A DNA stretch of 63,319 nucleotides, the filler included, from Octopus bimaculoides (taxonomy: Eukaryota), in assembly GCF_001194135.2 (NCBI RefSeq). It is 8 parts of 6 records of this genome, joined end to end, with 100 filler letters (N's around TTAATTAATTAA, not from the genome) between each part and the next. Parts side by side here need not be neighbours in the genome. Positions count along the whole stretch, not along the records: positions 1 to 25,921 come from NC_068982.1; 7 more parts are not named here. One strand, written 5' to 3'. The notes under the pieces were generated by a model. The model was not told where the DNA came from and searched no databases. It saw nothing but the letters and a program-made list of their open reading frames with translations. The translations under genes were made by a program, and so were the position numbers. Positions within the stretch are counted from its first letter, which is position 1. Each line of letters opens with the position of its first letter. Shown here piece after piece: positions 1-13,703 of the stretch.

Positions 1-46
<46 letters not shown>
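1..46. repeat. (TA)n microsatellite
   Basis: Pure TA dinucleotide run at window start. Confidence 0.98.
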
Positions 47-49
<3 letters not shown>

Positions 50-652
50 TGACATATATAAGAACTACATATATGCATGCCTTTACACGCTCATATACAT
101 ATGCATTTATCCCTACGCATATGAAACACGTGCGCGCGCACACACAAATTGATAAATGTCCATACATATATCTATATTCGTACATACATGTGCTATAGAT
201 GTATATATGCACGCACACAGAGAAATGCTTGTAGCTTCATACACAGACATACACATATTTGTAGATATGTATAACTGAAATTACATTGCAATATGAATCA
301 ATGGGAAACGAGTTTGTATATGAACGATTATAGAAGATGCTACACAAAAGCAAAAATGTAAGGGAAAAGAAGAGAAGAATTTCTGGAAGCAACACTGAAA
401 CTAAATTTCTAGCTAGATATTTCTTAGATCGAAATTAATTTGGAAGGCGTATCTAATCACCAATTTGCACTGATATAGCATTCTGTTATATCTCTATATC
501 ACTTGATCACTACCTACCAGCAGTTTCTCAACACGCGCATTCACAGACAAACATATATACATATGAAGGTCATATTAATTAATGGAATTAATAATTATGA
601 AGAACTGATGTGTATATAGAATTTATCTATACATACATGCACATATGCGCCG

Positions 653-689
<37 letters not shown>

Positions 690-819
690 NNNNNNNNNNC
701 ACACACACACAATATATATAAATATATACATGCACAAATATCTATATTTAATATAAAACGCACATATATACATACACACACAAACACATGTATATACACA
801 CACACATAATATAATGTAA

Positions 820-831
820 GATAGATAGATG

Positions 832-882
<51 letters not shown>
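820..882. repeat. (GATA)n microsatellite
   Basis: Tandem GATA units; gives the spurious YLSI ORF. Confidence 0.97.
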
Positions 883-884
<2 letters not shown>

Positions 885-1125
885 CACTTCCCTCAAGTGT
901 ATTTTATTTCGATATTCTTTTCATAATAGATATTTTATTTAAACGTTCATTTCACTTGTATCCTTTTTTATTCAATGAATTTGTCTTTTATGCTGTATCT
1001 AGCTATTAAATCATGATCTAATCTCTATTTAGATGTCATATCCATTTAAAATATCTCCATTTCAAAATCTGGAAACTTTCGTGTAATCACGGGAGTGAGT
1101 GACAACCATCTAATTTTCGTTTTCC

Positions 1126-1215
1126 TTATTATTATTGCTATTATTATTGTTGTTGTTATTATTATTATTACTATTATTATTGCTATTGTTGTTGTTGAAG
1201 TTGTTGTTGTAATTA

Positions 1216-1280
<65 letters not shown>
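1126..1280. repeat. (ATT)n/(GTT)n trinucleotide microsatellite
   Basis: Tandem ATT/GTT; gives the spurious poly-Ile ORFs. Confidence 0.97.
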
Positions 1281-1809
1281 TTGCTTTTGTCCTCCAAATT
1301 GAAATATTTAATGCTATTATACTTCGTATCAAAATGCATACTTGTATTAAATTATCGATGTCGAAATATTGTGGATGTTCCTTCACGCTAAATAAGCTGT
1401 GAATATATGGTCGCTGTCTCATAAATCACGATGTCTACAAATTGCAATATCGAATCGAACGATAAATAAAAATAGGCATAAAACTTAAGATAGGGAAAAT
1501 GAATAAAAATGTTTGAAACCAGAGTGCTTTGAAGTTTGGTAAAATCGGAGATATATGCAATATGCTTCAGAGTGAAATAATTTTCAACATCAATATCACC
1601 GAAATTCTCTACTTATGATTACCAAAGAGAGTAGTAAAAAAACGAGGCATTTGTATGCTTAACATAAGAATATTGGTAGTAACTTCTGGAAAGCCCAGAA
1701 GCAGACATGCGCGCGCGCGAGCATGCATGCATAATTTCATACATACATACATACATACGTAGGATTGGCGTGAAATGAAACCAAGACGTGAACCTATACA
1801 CAATTTGTG

Positions 1810-3172
1810 ATGGCGCACTGATGTATGCATGGAGAGTAGTGATACCTGAAACACTGCAAAAGAAAATGTTGAGGGAATTTTATGTTGGATATCCTGGTAT
1901 TTCGAGGATGAAAGCTTAAATGCTTAACTACGTGTACTGGCCAAAAATAGATAGGGAAATCGAAAATTTAGCGAAAAGCTGTAGAGGATGTGCTCTAACA
2001 GCAAAATTATCGACGATAAAATGTAAAGATTGGCCAAAAGTAGATGTTCCGTGGTCGAGACTACACATCAATTTCCCTGGTCCTTTAAACAGTTCATACT
2101 ACTTAACGGTAGATGATAGTTTCTCCAGATGGCCAGAAATTTGTAAGTGGTAAAAAGCCAGCCTCCTCAAGTCTGACAAATTTTTTACATGAGCTGTTTG
2201 CGAGATTTGGCATCCCAGTGTCTGACAATGGAAAGCAATTTGTGTCTCTTGAATTTAAAAATCTCTATAAAGCGTTCGCAGTAGAACATGTAACTACGGC
2301 ACCATATTATCCCAGATCTAACATACAAGCAGAACGCTTTGTCGATACGCTCGAGAGAACCCTAAGAAAGTTGAATAAGGAAATCACGGATGAGATAGCT
2401 CTACAACAATTCTGAAGAGTATACCGTGTGACACCAAATCGAAAGACACCAGCAGGTATGTAACCAGCAGAGCTGATGTTTGCGAGGAAAGTAAAGTCAG
2501 TCTTCGACAAAATACTGCCTTGCAAGAAAAGAATTGCAAAGGAAAATACAGCAAGATTTTTCAAAATTGGCGTAAAGGTATTTGTGAGGGCATATAAGAA
2601 CGGTAAACAGAGTTGAGAAGATGGCATGATTACTAAACGCATAGGAAAAATGCTATACTTAGTAAACAGTAGAAAAGGCATGTACAAGAGACACATGAAC
2701 CAACTGAAAAAAAGATTCGTTGAGAACGAACCCAAGAGAATGGAAGAATCACTGGAATGGTTATATACTTTTCAAGTACCCACCCCACTACAGGTGATTG
2801 GACCCAGGCGCACAAGTCTAAGAAAACAAAAATGTATGGAGTCCCTGGAAGTGGTTGCCAAACGGAAAAAAATATTTATTGCCTAAGAAAAATAACTAAA
2901 AAAATGGAGGTGGGGTGATATAAAAAGTATTGCTATTAAAGGAAATAAAATGACAATACCTAAGAAAGACAAACGAAAAATTAAAAGGGGAGATGTGGGG
3001 ATAATAGTAATAATGGTACACCTCTCCCACGTGACGTATGGTATATGCTAGTCGCTATAAATAATGTGACATTGGTTAGTGTCAAGACAAAGTACGTAGT
3101 AGACGGTCATAGATAGTCGTGGTCTTACGTGTCTAATAACTATACTGCTATACCAGAGTGGGCATTACAACA
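1810..3172 (+). mobile_element. Decayed Ty3/Gypsy LTR retrotransposon 3' part (integrase, PPT, 3' LTR)
   Basis: Translation RVVIPETLQKKMLREFYVGYPGISRMKA*MLNYVYWPKID..CRGC..WSRLHINFPGP..VSDNGKQF..YPRSNIQAERFV gives a degenerate HHCC and DDE integrase with stops and frameshifts. Purine tract AAAAGGGGAGA lies just before TGT at 2994. Confidence 0.92.
2994..3172 (+). mobile_element. Probable short 3' LTR (~180 bp)
   Basis: Begins TGT right after the polypurine tract, contains TATAAAT, ends ACAACA. No 5' LTR in the window for comparison. Confidence 0.6.
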
Positions 3173-3174
3173 AT

Positions 3175-4040
3175 CCGACATAAAGGATTACAGCAGTTTT
3201 CCTCAATGCATAGCTACTTGTAGCATTCTTTGTGTGGTAAGGAGAGACAGTGAGACCATTGTTGCATAAAGTTTGGGTCTGAGAGACTGATTTTCTCCAT
3301 TCAAAAATCAATATTAACAACGTTTTTGGCCAAATTCCATTCCTATGTCAGCTGAAAATGTTATTAAGTCCAGATGTTTTTGGCATTATTAGCATGAGCA
3401 TCAATCTTGAGGTCATCTAAAAAAAAAGTGAGTTACAGTGATATCTCTAGCAGTTGCAGACCATAGCATGTCGCTATGATTTGTGTAGCTGTTATGATAA
3501 TGGGTTTAATGCTAAAATGAACAGGATTATAGAAAGACTGTCTCCTTGGAATATCCCCTTTAAACTATTTATAACATTCGGAACGATCGTTCCGCTCTCA
3601 GTTCTAAGTGTAAGAATTGTTTACCAGGTCTTTGTGAGCTTCTGAATGACAGTAATTAAGGTGGCAAGCACTTTTCCCAAATGTAGACACTTCAGCAGCC
3701 ATGAGTGAGGAACAGAGTTGAATGCTTTCCTATAATCAAGCCATAATGTCAAAAGTTTCCTCCGGTATTTTTTCACTTCACATATTACAGCTTTGTTCAT
3801 CAAATATTGTTCGGCACATCCCCACATTCCCTTCTTTCTTCTTACATGTTCATCAATCACTATGTTGTTGAACTCGCAATGACCCTGGAGGAATTAGTTG
3901 CGGCAGCTTGTGTACAGTTTGTACTTAAGGTTTAGGCAAGCAATGGACCGATAGTTTTTTGCCAACTAGTTGTTTTCATTTTTGGCTACAAGAATTGTCT
4001 GTGCTATAGCAAACCAATTTGGTATATCAATCTGACCTCT
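3175..4040 (-). mobile_element. Decayed R4/Dong-clade non-LTR retrotransposon, RT domain
   Basis: Minus strand IPNWFAIAQTILVAK..KNYRSIACLNLKYKLYTS..LWLDYRKAFNSVPHSWL..GIFQGDSLSIILFILALNPLS..HFFLDDLK matches RLE-type (R4/Dong) RT motifs; multiple stops. Confidence 0.85.
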
Positions 4041-4514
4041 CATATATATATATAAGTAGTTTTCTATAAACGAAACTATAACCGACAAAGAATGATGACT
4101 GCTTTTGCTGAATAAGTGATTATTACCGAGAATGAGTATTTAGATGAAAATAAAACAATAAATAGGACAAAGATAAGAATTTAACACGAAGCATCATTCA
4201 TCTTCGAACGTTACTATAATAATAAAGTCAATACAGGCAAAAATTAACATTTTGTTGATTACTAACTCTGATTTGTATATATTTAACATGCAGATGTAAA
4301 CAATCGATTTACTCAGTTATAAGTATGCTAGAGATAAACTCTGAGCAATGAAAGTTTTAATATATTATTTACAATTAGTTTTGCGAATACTATGTGTTGT
4401 ATGAGGCAAATATCATCTTCAGATAAATATATTGCTGAGTTTTGTTCTTGCCTTCGCCAGATTAGCAATACATTTATACCTATCTATGTATCCACGCACA
4501 TGCACACAAAGAAA

Positions 4515-4526
4515 CGCACACACACA

Positions 4527-4558
<32 letters not shown>

Positions 4559-4585
4559 TACACACACACACATAAACGCACACAC
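4515..4585. repeat. (CA)n microsatellite
   Basis: Tandem CA. Confidence 0.95.
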
Positions 4586-5637
4586 TTGACCTCTAGGGGC
4601 AATCATTTGCCCTTTTCTAATTGAGTTTGCTTAAGATTAATGGACAATTGTTTAGACTTATTTATCAAAGTATGTAGACTATATTCCTGGTATTTTTTTC
4701 AAAAGTGTGTATGCTTTTAACGCTAACAGTTTTGTCTGTATTATCACGATCAGTTCTTAATTGCAGTTGTATTAAGCAACATGCATCTATGACAACCATG
4801 CCCTACTGATGCTTGGCAAAATGATCAAGGAAAACTATCCACATAGTATGAACGACTTTCACAGAAGTATCTTCAATCTCATAGACATATCGATCCATTT
4901 TTACAAAAATATTGCATGCAAAAAGCTAGAGAGACACTTGTGAAACTTTAATAGTCTTGACATAAGCAAGATGGGGAGAATGAATGTGAAATCAATGCCA
5001 ATAGCAATTGGATTATTACATATGGTAAAGAAGAAAGTGAACAAAAAGATAAAAAACCATATCAGGTCTCACAAGTTATACCTATTTCAAACGACAGCCC
5101 GGCTAGATACTTTTTCTTTTCCTGTGCAAGACTTGTTTAAACCAATGGCAAATATTTAACATTATAAAAGCAGTACACATACGCTATACTAACAAACCAA
5201 TAAAGATGAAATACCTCAAATAGTACACATTGTATAGAATCATGACTAGAAATATAATTTAACATATACTAAACACAATTGGCACCCAATAAAATAGCAC
5301 AATATAGCCTTACATAATCGATAACAGACACTATTACACCAACAACTCACATTCTCCGTAGTTCTACCCATTTGTGTTACATCACATAGAGTACATAGTA
5401 TTTACAACAACCACGTAATAATAAAACAAGCACATATGCTAACAATCACAGTACATATGAATGATAAACACCTCCCAACAAAATGATACCGTTTTCTTTG
5501 TGCATTCTCATAACAACAGAAGAGACTCTATTTTAATTGACATCTCGTGAAATTATCTTATATGACTCTATACACACTGTTCACGCCATTCATGCTCTGA
5601 CTGATCACCTGATACCGATCGTGCAAATAATATTAGG

Positions 5638-5703
5638 GATGATGATGATGACGACGACGATGATGATGGCGACGACGACGACGACGACGGCAAACATGAT
5701 GAT
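5638..5703. repeat. (GAT)n/(GAC)n microsatellite
   Basis: Tandem GAT/GAC. Confidence 0.9.
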
Positions 5704-6849
5704 GTTTCTGAGGGTGGTTTGCTAATAAATAGGTATGAGTATTGATTGTAATTTCGATTCCAGATTAGATCTGGTCGAAACGCATGACATCTATAAGAAA
5801 AAACTCATTCCAGCCTTGGTCAGTTAATGCTTTGTATGTGTTTAGAGCTATATTGCTGGATGTGTCCTCTAATTGTAATATGTCAAGTTATTAAAGATGT
5901 TTGGCTGATAGTTTTGTCATGTTAAGCAATCGTGTAGATGACACCGTGTTGGTTTGTAAGATAATTGGTTGCAATTTCAGGTGAATAAACGATTTATGCA
6001 TAACTCACATGAAATAAAACTCATATGAAGTAAAACTCTACTTTCCTTATATTACGCATAAGATAACTTGCGGTGATTAAAACATAGAGTGCATTAAATA
6101 TAGTTTGACTTTCGAATAACTTTTGAGAGTAATATCTGACCGTATCTAATTAATAATTTATCAGTCTCATATTAGAGTAAAATCTTTTTTCTTTGTCTCT
6201 GTCTCAACACGACATTTTTTAGAATATAAATTGTATAACAGTTATTTGATACAAATTTTTCTTGAATATTTGCTTAAATTATCTATTACACTTGATTATT
6301 ATTCACTAATTTATATTGTGATGATGATGCAATATCAAATATTTTACATTCAAAATCTGTGCTGTATCTTGATAATGGAATATAATTCAAATTAGCAAAA
6401 TTGTATTTAGAAGAATTTAAAAAAAGCAAGAAATTATGATACAATAAATATTTCAAAGATTTTGACAAGGGACGAAAAAGAAAGAGAGAAGAAAAAAACC
6501 AAAAAAGAATCCTATCATGCAAATATAACACTGCTGTCTATCAGGAATATTGAGTCCGGAAATGTTGGGACTGAACTAACTCCCATTAGGAAATATAGTT
6601 TATTTTCCACAGCGCACTAACTCTACTAAGAGCTGTAATTTGATAAAAAAAAAAAAAGCTTCACACTTCATGAGTAGAATAGTTGGCTTGCTGTCGGGAA
6701 GAGAAAACAAAATTCACTATAAAACATATCGTCTTCTAAATCTCAATTCTAGATGTCAGCAATGTAAATATATCCTGATTATTAGAAACATTGAAGCGAG
6801 CTGACAGGCTCGTTACCACCAGGCGCACAACTGAAAGAGACCCTTAAGT

Positions 6850-7800
6850 TGTGTCTATAGAATTATAGTCATTACCTGTGGGATTGCTTGAAGTGCTTGT
6901 CCACTACTCTGAGGAATATCCTTCCCACGCAGGTCTTGACGTTCAGTGAGAAAGATGGCCGCCAAAACTTCGTTGTAGTAGGTGGCTGCAGCACTAAAAA
7001 ATTCTTTTTTGTTCGAAATCCTCTTACTAATACCCTTCACTAGGTTCTTAAACACAAAAGCATATTTGGTTTGCTGTAGGGTCTGTATGAACAGGTACAC
7101 AAATCTAGCGTAACAAGTAAAAATTTAACTATGGTAAGAGTGGTCTCAATTGTAACATTAAGAAGAGGAAAATAAACGTGCGAATAAGATCTTTCTTAAG
7201 CCTATTTATGGTGTACTCGTTTGCACCTCTAGAGATAGCTAAAGACTCATCTCTATAGACCAAAAATGTAATGGAACCTCTTCATTAATGCCTCCAGTAT
7301 ATATAATTCTATGAGGTCACAGATATCCGCACTGTCGAATGCTCTCACCCCCACATCAAATGAACCTACTGGAGTAATTTGTTTGAACCATGCCGAACCT
7401 TTATTGAACGGCAGCGATTTCCTAGCCAGCAAAATTACATCTATATCCCTATCCCTATCGTCAGTAAATTCCCTATCAAACTAGTTATCCTTTTGATATG
7501 GACGGAGAAAAATCTACTATATCAAATTGGGTGAACCTTGCCCTGCCTATACACTGGTTTGCTTTAAAATATGAAATAATCTCATTTGTATACGCCATAA
7601 GGAGAGACTAGATGCTCTCTTTATATTATTGTTGATCTTTCTTAGGTTATACTTGCTCGCCAACCCAATTTCCAATTTAGGTCGGTTAATCAGGCGGAAC
7701 TTGGGGTTCGAGGCGATGTTCTGTTTCTGATCTTTGATAAAGGTATTTTTCTTAGCTAATACTATTACCCTCTCGGCCATCACTAGATTTCTGACTAACA
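6850..7800 (-). mobile_element. Decayed Penelope-like element, RT domain
   Basis: Minus strand KDQKQNIASNPKFRLINRPKLEIG, QFDIVDF, ILLARKSLPFN..W..FDVGVRAFDSADICDLIELYIL and KNLVKGISKRISN..FSAAATYYNEVL match Penelope RT motifs. Confidence 0.85.
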
Positions 7801-7869
7801 TTTGGGTTTCGTTGTTTGTACTATATTGCTACCTCCAGTAGTAGATAGGTTATGCACCGAGTTGAGCGG

Positions 7870-7922
7870 TCCCTACAGATGAGGCTACGGAATTAGCCGA
7901 AACTGACCGATCAATATAGGGA
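7870..7922 (+). ncRNA. Type I hammerhead ribozyme fold with two likely damaging substitutions
   Basis: Stem I TCCCTA/TAGGGA; core CAGATGA (U4A variant of CUGANGA); stem II GGCTA-CGGAAT-TAGCC; GAAA; stem III ACTGA-CCGA-TCAAT with one C-A mismatch; cleavage triplet ATA. Confidence 0.8.
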
Positions 7923-8139
7923 ATTTCTGACATTTCGGCGATTACAGTCCCTGTACAAAGGTTAGAGTTATACATAGACACGAAGAGGAACGTATGTAGA
8001 TATTTCAGAAAAGCAAATGATTCGACTTCTGTACCACATGTATCGGTGTGCGAGGTGTGTGAAATTTAACATATTTATCTGCATTGAAGCTATTGAGGAT
8101 AATAGCTTCAGAGACGTCAGTTGAGATAAATGTTCTCTA

Positions 8140-9796
8140 TGTTTAGAACATATGAAGCTTAAGATAGCATAAATTAAGGAGCAAAGATTTATGGTTACAA
8201 TATAAGACAGAACACAAATGTTCGGGAATCTGATGGCATTTTTTAAAATTCGTAGAGCGGTTGATACAACAAATTAATTTAGATGAACTGGTAAGAGAAA
8301 TCTGTGGTAGATTAACTAGATATCGTTGATGCTGACATCCATGTATGGCATATAAATGACTTTAACATTGGTGCAAACCACATCTTCGGGGAAAAAGTTA
8401 ATATATACAAAGTAAGTTGGACAGCAGATACTGTTTAGAGATAGGTAGTAAATTATCTCCCAGAGTGAAACAAAACATAGTGCTTGTGTGTTAGTAACAA
8501 GTTAAAATCCAGAAAAACTATTTGTCTATTTAAATTAATTTGGAAATTTTGCATGAGTCTCTGAAACAGTTTTTAAGGAAAACTATTTTTCGGAAAATGG
8601 AAGCCTAAAAGAAACCTCGGAATTTGCGACTGAACTTTGTATTCATCCATACAGGCATATATTTCAGGATAAATGACCAGTGACATAAGGCAGGATTTTA
8701 GAAATCCAGTAAACAAAATAATGGAGTAAAATCATAAGAGATTATATGGTAGGATGATAGTCTCTTTAGGTGATACTAGTTCTGACCCATTTTCTACTGG
8801 TTAGCTTCAGCTAACACTTTCCATATTTGTACTTTATGACGTTTAATGGATATAACTGGAGGAGAGTGATACGAGTAATTCTTAGTCACAAATCGGTGGT
8901 ACGGCTTGAATGTTTGCAACACAACTGTTCTCGAAGGCAAGAAAGTGATGTTAAGCGAGTGGCAGTGAGGACCTACAACATATCCACTACAGCGCTCTGT
9001 AAAAAAATTTCATTAAAAAAAATTTCAATATAGAAATGACAACTAAAAACATTTTTGGAAGCCATTTGGACATAATTTAAGTATTTACGCCTCATACTAT
9101 AAGTTAGTTGTAGTAAATGGATAGTTGATACTATACATTACAGTAACTTCTAACAAACAACGATGGTTTAATAATATTTAGTATGTTTTGAATACTGCTC
9201 GAACGAGGATATTTCTAACTAAAAGATGATTTGTATTTAAAATCCGCTGAAACTCCATCAAATAATTCCATACATCGTTAATGACCTTGGGATTTTATTT
9301 AAGACATTTGTGTGTTTTTGTTTCCTAATACTTTTATTTTGTTAGATATGTTTGACAATGTACATAAACAAGCAAGATTATAGTATTACATCAACAGCAA
9401 GGACAACATATTAATTTTATAAAATATTCTAAATTATTCTCTTTTTACGAGCTGTTCTATTTCAAAAGACTTTCAATGCGATAATCATGTAAGCTGCTTC
9501 TATTATTTTCGAGCTTCAGTTGTTTCAATAATTTAGTTTACAATGAAAATAATGATATTGAATGCATGCTAAATCCATTCAGTTTTTTTTTCTTTTTGGT
9601 TTATATTAGAAATCATATCTTTTTGCAACTAGAAATAGATTTTATTCATTTGTTCTTATATCTAACAATGTATCATAAGTAGGCATATACAAGCATTTTC
9701 CAAATGCATGCGAACATTTGTGTTCTGTCTTATATTGTAAACCATAAATTCTTGCTCCTTAACTTACGCTATCTTAAGCTTCATATGTTCTAAACA
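8140..9796. mobile_element. Non-autonomous TIR element bounded by ~85-bp inverted repeats
   Basis: 8140-8224 is a near reverse complement of 9711-9796; no intact internal ORF. Confidence 0.65.
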
Positions 9797-12700
9797 CACA
9801 GTATTTTACTTTGTATATTCTTTCAACCTGTCATATGACATATTTAGCCATACAGCTGAACATTGTATTAAATGAAATACTGAGTCATTGCTTTAACGAT
9901 TTACATTCCTCTGTCTTTATTTCCCTGTCCACAATTTACATGCATTCACTAAAGTGCAAAGATTTATACTCAATCTCAACTAGTATCCTGCACTTAAGTT
10001 TTAGATAATCTAGTTATATGTTATACAGATATGTATTGATTATCCTCTTCTAGTTAGATGCTAAATTTTTTTTAGAGGCGGCAAAATAAAAGACACAGAT
10101 AAAGAACAGAAACTATATCTGGTTTTGTGGTTCATACCCACACAAATTGCTTTAATGAAGTAAATAAAAATAGTTTGACTCAGTTTGGTCTGAAGTCAAA
10201 CCGAGCATTTTCTGGCAGACTTTTTGTTGCAGAACTTGATTCAAATCTTTTTATGTCAAACTGTTCAGTTGTTTTCGCACATAACACGGCTGATGCGACT
10301 CTAAACACGTCTGATATTCAGACGAGTTTGTAATAGAATTACATTTTCACTAATTTGGTTAGCTATTAGCTATTAGTGACATGTTTACAATTTACTCCAT
10401 AATTAAGAAAATCGTTAGAAGCAATTACTGTTCTCGATTTCAACAGATAGGTGCTGAAATCTATTTACACATAACTCTAAAGAGGCGTGTGTAATTGAAC
10501 AGAAATTGTTTTAAATTTCGACAAGTATTATACCATAATTTATTTAGTTAATTAACTATTCGTTAGATTAGTTTTGTATTTCACTTGGTCTCTTCTTCCT
10601 AATCGAATAACTATTTCTAAGCTTCGATCTTCCACCATACCGAAATTTCCAGTCATTTGAAAACTTCAGGATTGCTATTATGTTCTCTTAAGAACAGTAA
10701 TGTATAGAACAATTAAAGAAGTGATATAGCAGCAATCGATACAACAAATTACTATCCCTACTGATTAGTACTACTATTATACGATCCCAGATAGTGAATA
10801 TACTTAAACATTTATTTTTCCTATATAGGAATTTGTGAACAATATCAGAAATGGGCCAATCACTGAATTACTACAAGTCTGATGATGTAACTGACAAGTA
10901 AACGTTTGTAGCTCTGAAAGTTGTTCGAAGAGCACCAGCAGCTGGTTGCCGATATTGATATCTTTCTGAGATGAAAACTTATAAGTATACACAAACACAT
11001 GTATATATGTATACTGTTGACCTCAACTCGATTTCGAGCATATCTATTTTCTTGTTGCAAAATATTATACCTATAACAAGTTTGATAGCTTTCGCCGTGC
11101 TTTCTCAGATGGCCACTCAGCATTGATTTAGTCCAAAAGGGATTGTCGGCCAGGCAGTACATGAAGACAATTTTGGACACATAAGTAGTGCGCTGATGGA
11201 TTTGTTGAAACTATATGAATATAAAGCTTCTAGATGTAATGCGACCACAAACAATACAGGCGAGATGATCTTTGAGCCCACTGTACGAAATAACTTTAAA
11301 AGTCTGCAGTTTATGAACTTTAGATTTTTTTCTATTTCATTCGCAATTTGATTTTTCTTCAATTGCAGGCTGCACTTCTGCCATTTCTCTTTGTTAGTGT
11401 GAGATGTGGCCAATGAGCTGTATTGATATTCAAGAACTTAAGGTTATTTTGTGGCTTATGCTAGGAACACTTACCAATGCACCATAAAGTAATTGCTTGC
11501 CATAACGGATAGTTAGGTGTGATGTAGACCACCAAGACAAGCATTGGTTAAAAAGAGATATTCTATGCATTTTACTATGTCAATGAAAAAGGTAATCGTA
11601 CTGACCAGTATATTTCTACTGCTATGAGAAATGGGTATTAACCAAGGAGCAATCATACGATTGTCTATCCAAACTTGTAACAATGCTATTATCTTTTCCC
11701 AAAATAAAGGACTTGGTTTCATAAAAAAGACAAGGTAATTTACTCAAAGTTATTTTAATGATTTCGTTTGAAGCTTCTCGAAAGAGAAGACAGTGCTTCT
11801 CGCCTTAATAATATTTACTCGAATATTGTAGACTATCAAAAGCGAAAGACCAATTTTGCAGTAGTTTTTACAGAAAAAGGGTTACTCTGTTAATACTTCA
11901 AAAATGTGTTCAAAGCTTGTGTCAGATTCGTGTAGAATCTGTTTGGCAACTTTTCATTGGCACATCGCTAAGTATCTTGAAAACCGATATACTGCTTGAT
12001 CACATGCAATACTATGTTTATGAACGGAACTTTTGTTTATTGAGTATTCCTGTAAGATTTACAAACTAATATTGTTTCTTGTGGATTTTTAAGAGACTGA
12101 CATCTTTTGACGCTAAAAACACTTTTCTGAACCCGCAATAATACGTTATTAATCTGTGACATGTAGTTGTATTTTTCTTAAATTAACAACTAATGAGATC
12201 AAAGCAGGGGAATTTTCAATATATACAACACTATGTTTGATTACATACCAAATAACGATCATAATCAACATTAGTAAAAACAAAAAGAGAAAATATACCG
12301 GTGGCGAAATTGCGAACTAGTCCAAGTCAATGTGCAGTAAAGATGTTCAGTGTTGAATTTCTCTCCTTAATCAACAAAAACTGAGTCGTTCCCATTGAAT
12401 AACTATTACAGATATATATGAAACATCTATCAGGCTGGTACGGCTAGAAATTAATAGAGTATTGTGACTGTGTCCAGAAGAGACAATATGCTGCTATAAA
12501 CATACTACAAAAGATACACTTTCAAAGACAAAAACACCATCATAAAGAAAACCCAGCATCTTTCTTTATGTACATTCTGCCAAAGAGAGACGTTGCTTCA
12601 ACAATGACATAGCCTGCTGTATATTGGAAAGAACCACACAAAACGGTAATAGTTTAAAGGCAACCAATTTGAGAGTAACTGAGAAATTTATTATCATGAA

Positions 12701-13703
12701 CCACATTCATATAATGGACAAAAGAGCGATACTGATATCGCCTTCAAGACACAAGATGTCATTTAACTATTTCTGTTTTTAGTCAGTGGTCATAAGAACT
12801 GTAACACTTAATATGATGTTGCTATAATAGGAAGTATTATATGTATATTATGGCCATCAACAATACTTTTTGGTTCGTATACGGCTTCTATCTCGAACAG
12901 AAATTTTCTATCGGACTAATTTCTTAATTACAAAATCAGTGATTGTATATCACTGTGTCTTTTATATATTACAAGCGAGGTTAAATTGCTGCCATGCCTA
13001 GCAAAAGAATACCCACCACCGAGGAGAGCCAATACAGACTGAACCCACGTTGTCTAGTGGTCATGGAGCTAGGGTTCAGGGGTTATCGTTCGCTTACAAT
13101 AAATATCGAGTGCGAGAATCGCACTGCATAAACCAGCTAGGGTTAAATGGCAGTATCGTCGTCTTTTAGAGGACAGCGACATTAAAATGGCCATAAGCAA
13201 TACTCAAACAAAAATGATTTATGTGAAATGACTCAGAGTGGACTGTGACACGTATTTTAAAAAAATAGACGAACACAACTAAATCATATGACATACAGCA
13301 TAAATTCTTGATGCATTTAAATTATCTCCGCATCGAGAGGATGTACCATAATTAACAATGGGCAGTTATGACCAGCTCCACTTGAGACAATGAGAAAATC
13401 TCAAGGATCAAGAATTTTCTAATGTCATTCTATTGAGGAAGAGGACAGGTTTATAGTCTGGAGATAAGAGTACAGTCATTATACGTGTTGCTGGTTCAAT
13501 ATCCGCTCTCGGCACGACAAGCAAAGCCTGTACAACGTACGCTAATTTCTACATCAGTACATTCACTAATAACATTTATTAATTAACCAAGGTCCTAAGG
13601 TGAAGTATGTGTGTCAATGTCGTGAGCAAATTTATGTATGCAAATTTTGTAATATACATATATGCTGGGGTACTCTATAAAAAATTGCATGAAGAATATA
13701 TTA

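Noticed and set aside
623-1391. ORFs rich in YI/CV/HT/poly-Ile, and similar ones throughout the window
   Set aside because: They are translations of microsatellites.
5745-5790. Hairpin CCAGAT-TAG-ATCTGG followed by CGAAACGCAT, resembling a Penelope hammerhead 3' half
   Set aside because: No CTGANGA core upstream and no stem I partner; at most a badly decayed remnant.
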